From positions 1-48,543 of the forward strand of contig JAHJDQ010000182.1 in NCBI GenBank assembly GCA_018812355.1: a stretch of 48,543 bases of DNA, given 5' to 3'. Below, piece after piece: positions 9,156 to 15,741 of this stretch. Under the pieces are notes generated by a model that saw only the letters and a list, made by a program, of their open reading frames with translations, had not been told where the DNA came from and did not search any database. The number at the start of each line of letters is the position of its first letter. Position 1 is the stretch's first letter. A program made the position numbers and the translations under genes. This stretch comes from Nanobdellota archaeon. Its GTDB lineage: Archaea > Nanobdellota > Nanobdellia > Woesearchaeales > GW2011-AR9.

Positions 9156-10649
9156 ATGACAGATATAGCCCAATATTTTCATGATGTACTTGGAGACGTA
9201 ATCTATTCCTACCAGCAGTTAATTCAGTACAGTGAAAAAAGCTTGGATCAACAAATAAGTCTTAAAAGAAGAAAAAGTGGAGTAAAGAGAAAAGGAAAAA
9301 GGAAAAGAAACGGGAAAAGTGGAAAAATCAATACATGGAGAGCAACTTCAAAAACGATCAGACCGAAAAGAAAACTAGATGTAATTATTGGGGAATATGA
9401 ATCCCTTAATCCTGAGTCGACCGAAGAATTTTTTACATCTGCAGCTGGAATTTGTAGAAGATTTGAAGAGATTGTTCCTAGCAGTGAAGATATTGAAAAA
9501 CTAGTCAATCGAGCCATTAAAGATTTTGATAATGAGCCAGTTATGGAAGCACAGAAGAAATCACGTTTTTGGTTAAGGCCAATGGCTGTTCTTGGCGGAA
9601 CAATGGGTGCTGGAGCAATCACTCTTGGAATTATGGCCACTGACGGAGAGTGGGCAGCTTACACTGCAGCAGCTCTCTATTCGGTTTCAGCGGCTACAGC
9701 GATGTTAACTAGAAAAAAAGATAGGGAATCCACTCGTTGGCTTACTTACACTACTCTTCTAGTCGGTTCTGGTATGTTGAGATATCTGGAATCTCCTGAT
9801 GATTTCAAGCCAATGCAAGGCTTACTAATGATCCTCCAAAACTTTGCTATGCCAGGAATATATAGATCCATCTACTTGAGTTACAAAAAGATTCAGCTCA
9901 AAGACAAAATTGCCACTGTCAGAAAAGTATCTAAGTTCATTAATGATGATTCGTTAAGACTTGGGGTTGCCTTAAGTGAAGCTCATCGAGGATTGCGTTA
10001 CATTAATGCTGTTTGTCAAAACGAAGACAGATCGTCGCAAGATTTCCAGCCACAATTGGATCAACTATCAACAACATTACTTGATTATTTTAGAGGAAAA
10101 GCTACCCATGAAGAAATTACTGAGGCCAGAATACAATATGTTCCTCCAGGTAAAACAAGCCAAAAGATAAGAAGAGTGCAATCTCAAGTATTAGAACCAG
10201 TAGTAAAGAAAATTGGTTACACTACTGAAGAACACGCACAATTAAGATCTCAACGGAAAGCCGAAGCTCAAGAATGTATTAAATTAGTTCAAGAAGAGGA
10301 AACAGGAACACACACCTCTTCAAAAGAAGAAGAAATGTTGGATGTTATTTACAGTAGTGGCTTAGCTTCAGCTGACAGGATTGCAGGATTTGAAGGATCA
10401 AATTTACGAGATTTAATTGAAACTAAGTTTAATGATGGTTACAAAGGAAAATTAATTCGGAATAAAAATAGAGGTCAGTACTTATTAAGAAGAGTGTGGA
10501 ATAAACACGGATTAGAAAATGGTACAAAAGTGTTTAAACTTCAACCAAGAGGTAGTCTAAGAGCTTTATATATTGAAGAAAATGGTTCTGTAAGAATTTT
10601 AGAAGTACTTACTCATCCAGAGTATGATGCTTTACATAAAAAAAGTTAA
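9156..10649 (+). CDS. Hypothetical membrane protein with a K/R-rich tract and a RelE/ParE-like C-terminal domain
   Basis: 497 aa. Basic run KRRKSGVKRKGKRKRNGKSGK; hydrophobic segments (MAVLGGTMGAGAITLGIMA, AAYTAAALYSVSAATAML). The C-terminus FKLQPRGSLRALYIEENGSVRILEVLTHPEYD matches the core pattern of RelE/ParE toxins. Confidence 0.6.
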   Translation: MTDIAQYFHDVLGDVIYSYQQLIQYSEKSLDQQISLKRRKSGVKRKGKRKRNGKSGKINTWRATSKTIRPKRKLDVIIGEYESLNPESTEEFFTSAAGICRRFEEIVPSSEDIEKLVNRAIKDFDNEPVMEAQKKSRFWLRPMAVLGGTMGAGAITLGIMATDGEWAAYTAAALYSVSAATAMLTRKKDRESTRWLTYTTLLVGSGMLRYLESPDDFKPMQGLLMILQNFAMPGIYRSIYLSYKKIQLKDKIATVRKVSKFINDDSLRLGVALSEAHRGLRYINAVCQNEDRSSQDFQPQLDQLSTTLLDYFRGKATHEEITEARIQYVPPGKTSQKIRRVQSQVLEPVVKKIGYTTEEHAQLRSQRKAEAQECIKLVQEEETGTHTSSKEEEMLDVIYSSGLASADRIAGFEGSNLRDLIETKFNDGYKGKLIRNKNRGQYLLRRVWNKHGLENGTKVFKLQPRGSLRALYIEENGSVRILEVLTHPEYDALHKKS

Positions 10650-10692
10650 AAATTTATTTTATTCTGTTTTTCAAATTAATTTTATCCAAAAA

Positions 10693-10702
10693 CTTAATAA
10701 AC
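10693..10702 (+). promoter_or_regulatory. TATA box for the first tRNA gene
   Basis: CTTAATAAAC is centred about 27 nt upstream of the inferred tRNA 5' end (10724/10725). Confidence 0.4.
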
Positions 10703-10724
10703 CCACTAGCTTAAACATGGATAT

Positions 10725-10913
10725 CCCCTCTTAGTTCAGTGGCTAGAACGCTCGGCTGTGTGGCTAAAGGTTTACCTTTAATCAGGTCAGAGATAAATTC
10801 ACTACCGGACAGAGCATTTGGCTTTGTATGAAAAGTAGATAGCCGGGACCGAGAGATCTATTAAGACTCGAAATCCCCGGTTCGAAATTCGAACGAAAGT
10901 CCGGGAGAGGGGA
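10725..10913 (+). tRNA. tRNA, anticodon read as GUG (His, tentative), with three interruptions: anticodon loop, variable loop 45/46 and T-loop 59/60
   Basis: - Acceptor CCCCTCT/AGAGGGG, D-arm GTTC-AGTGGCTA-GAAC, anticodon stem CTCGG (10751-55)/CCGAG (10849-53), loop CTGTG.
- An insert of about 86 nt at roughly 10761-10847.
- A 17-nt insert at 10856-10872 with two 3-nt bulges (AGA, AAA) separated by the 4-bp helix CGAG/CTCG.
- T-stem CCCGG/CCGGG with a 13-nt insert at 10887-10899.
- The mature length would be 73 nt. Confidence 0.65.
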
Positions 10914-10916
10914 TTT
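10893..10916 (+). repeat. Direct repeat copy 1 (ACGAAAGTCCGGGAGAGGGGATTT), covering the 3' BHB half plus the 3' exon of the tRNA
   Basis: Identical 24-mer recurs at 11672-11695. Confidence 0.9.
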
Positions 10917-10947
10917 GAAGGAAGGTGTGCGTTCTCACACTTCCTTC
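10917..10947. terminator. Hairpin between the tRNA 3' end and the convergent LAGLIDADG gene stop
   Basis: GAAGGAAGGTGTG / CACACTTCCTTC: 12 bp with one bulged G and a 6-nt loop. It overlaps the minus-strand stop codon at 10935-10937. Confidence 0.4.
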
Positions 10948-11579
10948 ACATATTTTAATAATTTTTTCTGTTTTCTTATACAGTAAAATCCAATTTTATG
11001 ATGAAAATTTGATATGTCTTTAATAGTTAATCCGTAAACATTTCTCTTACAACCAAAACCAACGACAATTACACTATCAAAATTAAAATTTTGTAGAAGT
11101 TCTTGTATCTCTTTTAATCCTTTTAAATTAATTGAATACAAACGAAGAATTGCAGTTTTTCCATAAGGAATGACACTTCCTTCGTCATCAAAAAGTGCTT
11201 TTAAAAATTCTTTTTGGATGTTTTTTGAATTATTTAAAATTTGTTTAGGAACAAACCAAACTGCGGACGCATATTCACAGTAACTCTTTAAATCTTCATA
11301 TATTAATTTTGATCTAAATCTTAGATAAGGTAAAGGAAGACCGGTTTTTCCTGAAGGTTTAAACGCTATTGTTATTTTGTATCCATAAACATCATTGAAA
11401 TCTTTAACGAATTGATTTAACAATTCAGAATCTATGTTATCGTATTTAATGTTGTAATCCGTCCGACATTTATACACACAACCATCACCTATAAGATGAG
11501 CTATCAACCTAGCTTTAGCATTAGTTAACCTCTCAAAGCCTGGTTTCAAGTTTTTTATTCTCATTTTAATCATTTCCAA
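10935..11579 (-). CDS. Double-motif LAGLIDADG homing endonuclease
   Basis: Two LAGLIDADG motifs: LIAHLIGDGCV and FLKALFDDEGSV. On its own strand a TATA-like GTTTATATAGG lies about 45 nt upstream. An 8-bp hairpin CCAATCTT/AAGATTGG sits in the leader. Confidence 0.85.
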   Translation of the reverse strand: MEMIKMRIKNLKPGFERLTNAKARLIAHLIGDGCVYKCRTDYNIKYDNIDSELLNQFVKDFNDVYGYKITIAFKPSGKTGLPLPYLRFRSKLIYEDLKSYCEYASAVWFVPKQILNNSKNIQKEFLKALFDDEGSVIPYGKTAILRLYSINLKGLKEIQELLQNFNFDSVIVVGFGCKRNVYGLTIKDISNFHHKIGFYCIRKQKKLLKYVKEV

Positions 11580-11671
11580 TCTTACACTAAGTTAAAGATT
11601 GGAGTGATTTTTATGAATTACTCCTATATAAACTCTATCCAGACTTGTCGAGTGGGTGTGTGGGTGCTAAT

Positions 11672-11695
11672 ACGAAAGTCCGGGAGAGGGGATTT
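11672..11695 (+). repeat. Direct repeat copy 2 (orphan copy of the tRNA 3' exon plus 3' BHB half)
   Basis: Identical to 10893-10916. It is followed by the T-rich tract TTCTCTTTTT. No tRNA 5' part lies upstream of it. Confidence 0.9.
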
Positions 11696-11793
11696 TTCTC
11701 TTTTTACCCCAATTTAACCACAACCTTTATAAACAGACCCTAATATTTTACACAAGATGGCAGGGTTTATTCTAAATACAACTATCTGATTTG

Positions 11794-11804
11794 GATATAT
11801 TTTA
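11794..11804 (+). promoter_or_regulatory. TATA box for tRNA-Asp (and possibly the downstream tRNA-Lys/rpo transcript)
   Basis: GATATATTTTA is centred about 27 nt upstream of the tRNA-Asp 5' end (11827). Confidence 0.4.
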
Positions 11805-11826
11805 GATTAAGCTCTGTAAAAATGCT

Positions 11827-11930
11827 GCCCTGGTAGTGTAGTTCGGCCTAGCATGATGCCCTGTCACGGCATCGACCCGGGTTCAAAATGAGGTTGGTTA
11901 ACAATCACACTGAAAGTCCCGGCCAGGGCG
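11827..11930 (+). tRNA. tRNA-Asp (GUC) with a 29-nt BHB intron in the T-loop (59/60; 11888-11916)
   Basis: - GCCCTGG/CCAGGGC acceptor, anticodon arm ATGCC-CTGTCAC-GGCAT, T-stem CCGGG/CCCGG.
- T-loop TTCA pairs with intronic TGAA, flanked by 3-nt bulges AAA and AGT, plus an 8-bp inner helix.
- Splicing gives TTCAAAT and a 75-nt tRNA. Confidence 0.9.
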
Positions 11931-11998
11931 TTTAACAACAAGCGAGCAATCGAACTGTTCGCAAAAATGAGTGAGTAAGTATCTTACTCACAAATCAC

Positions 11999-12141
11999 GG
12001 GCCGGTAGCTCAGTTTGGTAGAGCACTTGACTTTTAAGTCAAGACAAAAACGAGCAAAAGCTTGTTTTTCTTCCCCTGGAAGAGATCAAGTGGTCGTGGG
12101 TTCAAAAGCTTAAAAAAAGCCTGAAAGTCCCTCTCGGCCCG
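11999..12141 (+). tRNA. tRNA-Lys (UUU) with a canonical 37/38 intron (12037-12084) and a T-loop 59/60 intron (12107-12127)
   Basis: - GGGCCGG/TCGGCCC acceptor (G7-U66), anticodon stem CTTGA/TCAAG, loop CTTTTA+A.
- Anticodon BHB: CTTT/GAAG helix with bulges TAA and AGA.
- T-loop BHB: TTCA/TGAA with bulges AAA and AGT and an inner helix GCTT/AAGC.
- One U-U mismatch in the T-stem. Mature length 74 nt. Confidence 0.85.
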
Positions 12142-12156
12142 TTCATAATCACAACA

Positions 12157-12393
12157 ATGCCATTCGACGTAACCCAACATAATCTTGTACCGAAACATAA
12201 GAAGTTAAGTGATACTGAGAAGGAAAAACTATTTGCTAAATTTAACATTACTAATATTGAACTACCAAAAATTGCTCTCTCTGATCCGGCAATTGAAAAG
12301 TTAGGCGTTAAAATTGGTGACATTATTGTGGTAGAGAGAGAAAGTCAAACTGCTGGAGTAACTCATTACTACCGAGCCGTTGTTGAAGGTTAA
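12157..12393 (+). CDS. rpoH: DNA-directed RNA polymerase subunit H (Rpo5)
   Basis: HNLVPKHKKLSDTEKEKLFAKFNI...LPKI...DP is the conserved RpoH/Rpb5 C-terminal domain. It starts 16 nt after tRNA-Lys. Confidence 0.9.
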   Translation: MPFDVTQHNLVPKHKKLSDTEKEKLFAKFNITNIELPKIALSDPAIEKLGVKIGDIIVVERESQTAGVTHYYRAVVEG

Positions 12394-12394
12394 A

Positions 12395-13870
12395 ATGGAT
12401 AAGTCTATCTTAATTAAAAAGTACTTTGAAGAAAAGAAATTTGTCGAGTCTAATATTCAGTCTTTTAATAATTTACTTGATCACGGTTTGCAGGAAGTTG
12501 TCGAGGAAAATAAAGAAGCCGAACCAGCGATCATTCCCCATAACATTGAAAAGTTTAAAATTAGATTCGGAAGAATGACTATAGGTAAACCAGAGATTAC
12601 CGAAGCTGACGGTTCTAAACGTCCAATTTACCCTGCCGAAGCACGGCTAAGAAAAATATCATATAATGCCCCAATATTTTTAGAGGTAAGCACTTACATT
12701 AACGACGTCCAAAGAGAGAACTTTATCGCTGAGATTGGTAAGATGCCAATCATGCTAAGAAGCAAATATTGTAACCTTAACAAATTGCCTCGTGAAGATT
12801 TGATTAGAAGAGGAGAAGACGCTTCTGATCCTGGCGGTTATTTTATCATTAATGGTACAGAAAAAGTTATTGTTACGGTTGAAGATTTAGCTGCAAACAA
12901 TTTTATGGTTGAGAAAAACAAACTAGGCGTTTATAGTGGTCGGTTCTTTGCTGCTAAGGGTTCGTACAAAATTCCACACAATTTTGAAAGAAAAAAGGAC
13001 GGAATTTATTACATGAGCTTTACCAGGGTAAAAAATATGCCCATTATCATTGTCTTAAAAGCGCTTGGTTTAATTAAGGACGAAGAGATTATGAAAACCA
13101 TTTCAACCGAAAAAAATTATGAAGAAATAATCCTAAACTTGTTTGAGTTTGTTGAGATTAAGACGCAAGATGATGCAATTGATTACATCGCTAAACGTGT
13201 CGGTGTTGGACAATCTAAAGAAATTCGGATGGAAAGAACAAAAGATATCCTTGACCGTTATCTACTTCCTAATTTAGGTACAGAAGAAAAGAATGCTTCA
13301 ATTAAAGCCAAAAATATTTGTAAAATGTTGAAAAAGTTTATTGAAGTCAGTACTGGGGTAAGAAATCCTGATGATAAAGATCATTACATGAACAAACGTC
13401 TAAGACTAAGCGGAGATCTTTTGTTAGATCTTTTCCGAGTAAATTTCAAAGTTTTAGTTTCTGATATTTTATACAATTTCCAAAGAATCATCAAGAGAGG
13501 AAAACTTCCTTCAATTCGAGTAATCATTCGTCATAAATTATTAACTTCCAGATTATACAGTTCGATGGCGACTGGTGAATGGGTTGGTGGGAGACAAGGA
13601 GTCTCGCAGCGTTTAAGCAGAACTAATTATTTAGATATGATTTCACATTTACAAAGGGTCGTTTCTCCACTATCAACTTCCCAAGAAAATTTTGAAGCAA
13701 GAGCCCTGCATTGTACTCATATTGGTAGGCTATGTCCAATTGAAACTCCAGAAGGAACGAACATTGGTTTAAGAAAAAACCTAGCTATGTTATGTTCAAT
13801 TTCCCAAAATGTGGAAACAGTAGAAATACTAGAAAAAATTAAAGGATTAGGTTTGAAAGAAGCAAAATAA
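12395..13870 (+). CDS. rpoB2: DNA-directed RNA polymerase subunit B'' (N-terminal part of split subunit B)
   Basis: Typical Rpo2N sequence (HGLQEVVEE..., DPGGYFIINGTEKVIV, PDDKDHYMNKRLRLSGDLL, GRLCPIETPEGTNIGL). I moved the start to ATG 12395, 1 nt after the rpoH stop; the track begins at an upstream TTG. Confidence 0.95.
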   Translation: MDKSILIKKYFEEKKFVESNIQSFNNLLDHGLQEVVEENKEAEPAIIPHNIEKFKIRFGRMTIGKPEITEADGSKRPIYPAEARLRKISYNAPIFLEVSTYINDVQRENFIAEIGKMPIMLRSKYCNLNKLPREDLIRRGEDASDPGGYFIINGTEKVIVTVEDLAANNFMVEKNKLGVYSGRFFAAKGSYKIPHNFERKKDGIYYMSFTRVKNMPIIIVLKALGLIKDEEIMKTISTEKNYEEIILNLFEFVEIKTQDDAIDYIAKRVGVGQSKEIRMERTKDILDRYLLPNLGTEEKNASIKAKNICKMLKKFIEVSTGVRNPDDKDHYMNKRLRLSGDLLLDLFRVNFKVLVSDILYNFQRIIKRGKLPSIRVIIRHKLLTSRLYSSMATGEWVGGRQGVSQRLSRTNYLDMISHLQRVVSPLSTSQENFEARALHCTHIGRLCPIETPEGTNIGLRKNLAMLCSISQNVETVEILEKIKGLGLKEAK

Positions 13871-13922
13871 AAATAATCATAATCACAAAATAACATCAAC
13901 AAAATAGAACACAAATAATAAA

Positions 13923-15725
13923 ATGACTGACCTCTATATCAATGAACAATTTACCGGAACTGTAGATGATCCTCAATTGTTTATTGAGGATTTCAAAGAT
14001 TTACGGAGAAAGGGTACTTTACCTGAGAGTGTCAATATTTTTTTCGATGCTAAAAATAATGAATTACATTTATTTTCAGAAGCTGGAAGAGCTCAACGTC
14101 CTTTAATTATGGTTAAAGAAGGCAAGCCTTTACTAACAGAAAAACATTTAGAACAACTAACTAATGGTGAGATTACTTGGGTTGATTTGGTTCGGCAAGG
14201 TGTGGTAGAATATTTAGACGCAGCCGAGGAAGAGAATGCTTTAGTTGCTTACCTCGAAACAGAACTTACTCCTGATCATACCCATTTAGAAGTAACCCCT
14301 GGCTCAATTAGTGGGATTACTACTGCTTTAGTTCCTTTTGGTAATTATAATCAATCATCTCGGTTGATTATTGGAAGTAAAAACCAAAAACAAGCACTTG
14401 GCTTTTATGCTGCAAATTATCATTTAAGAATGGACATGGATTCAAACATTTTACATTATCCTCAATTCCCGCTGGTTAAAACTAAAGTGCACGAAGTAAT
14501 TGATTATGATGAACATCCAGCTGGACAGAACTTTATTGTTGCGATTATGTGTTATGATGGTTATAACATGGAAGATGGAGTTATCTTAAACAAATCATCG
14601 ATTGAAATGGGTTTAGCTAGAAGTACCTATTACCGTCCTGTAAATGCTGAAGAGTTACGTTATTCTGGCGGATTAGTGGATGAGGTTTCCGTACCAGATA
14701 AAGATGTTAAAGGTTATAAAAGCGAACACGATTATCGTTTTTTGGAAGGGGACGGAATTATTTATCCAGAAGCAAAAGTTACTGAAGGCGATGTTGTTAT
14801 TGGAAGAACTTCTCCTCCACGATTCCTGAGCAGTTTAGATGAATATAATTTAACAGCAGCTGTAAGAAGGGAAAGTTCTCTTTCTCTTAAACATGGTGAA
14901 TCAGGAGTTGCTGACTTTGTTGTCCTTACTGAAAATGAAGAAGGAAATAAACTAGTTCAAGTAAGATTAAGAGCAGAAAGAATTCCTGAAATTGGTGATA
15001 AATTTACTTCCCGTCATGGACAGAAAGGAGTCATGGGAATGGTCGTACCTAACGAAGATATTCCTTTTTCTTCTTCCGGAATTGTTCCTGACATGATCTT
15101 CACTCCCCACGGTATCTCTTCAAGAATGACTGTCTCGCATTTAATTGAACTAATTGGTGGAAAAATCGGCGCCCTCTCTGGAAGATTTGTTGACGGCACT
15201 TTATTTGAAGCGGAAACAGAACCGGATTTAAGAAAGGAATTATTATCTCTCGGATTTAGAGAAGATGGTCGAGAAACATTCTATGATGGAAGAACAGGAA
15301 AACAAATGCTGGCAAAGATTTATGTTGGAAACATGTACTATTTAAGATTAAGACACATGGTTGCTAACAAAATTCAATCCAGGGCCAGAGGACCGATCCA
15401 ATTATTAACTAGGCAACCGACTGAAGGAAAGGCTAAAGAAGGCGGATTAAGATTAGGAGAGATGGAAAAAGATACTTTTGTTGCTCACGGAGCTTCGTTA
15501 TTACTTAAAGAACGGTTTGACTCTGATAAAATTGTCTTACCAATTTGTGAACAATGTGGCTTAGTTGCCGTCGAGGACCATTACAAAAACAGAAAGTATT
15601 GTTTAATGTGTGGTGAAGATATCAAAATCAATAATGTTGAGATGAGTTACGCATTCAAATTGCTGATGGACGAGTTTAGAAGTCTGGGAGTTTATCCAAA
15701 ATTAAATTTAAAAACAAAATATTAA
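13923..15725 (+). CDS. rpoB1: DNA-directed RNA polymerase subunit B' (C-terminal part of split subunit B)
   Basis: GYNMEDGVILNKSS, FTSRHGQKGV, MIFTPHGISSRMTVSHL, GGLRLGEMEKD and a C-terminal Zn ribbon CEQCG...CLMCG. Confidence 0.95.
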   Translation: MTDLYINEQFTGTVDDPQLFIEDFKDLRRKGTLPESVNIFFDAKNNELHLFSEAGRAQRPLIMVKEGKPLLTEKHLEQLTNGEITWVDLVRQGVVEYLDAAEEENALVAYLETELTPDHTHLEVTPGSISGITTALVPFGNYNQSSRLIIGSKNQKQALGFYAANYHLRMDMDSNILHYPQFPLVKTKVHEVIDYDEHPAGQNFIVAIMCYDGYNMEDGVILNKSSIEMGLARSTYYRPVNAEELRYSGGLVDEVSVPDKDVKGYKSEHDYRFLEGDGIIYPEAKVTEGDVVIGRTSPPRFLSSLDEYNLTAAVRRESSLSLKHGESGVADFVVLTENEEGNKLVQVRLRAERIPEIGDKFTSRHGQKGVMGMVVPNEDIPFSSSGIVPDMIFTPHGISSRMTVSHLIELIGGKIGALSGRFVDGTLFEAETEPDLRKELLSLGFREDGRETFYDGRTGKQMLAKIYVGNMYYLRLRHMVANKIQSRARGPIQLLTRQPTEGKAKEGGLRLGEMEKDTFVAHGASLLLKERFDSDKIVLPICEQCGLVAVEDHYKNRKYCLMCGEDIKINNVEMSYAFKLLMDEFRSLGVYPKLNLKTKY

Positions 15726-15741
15726 TGACAAAAGGTAAAAA

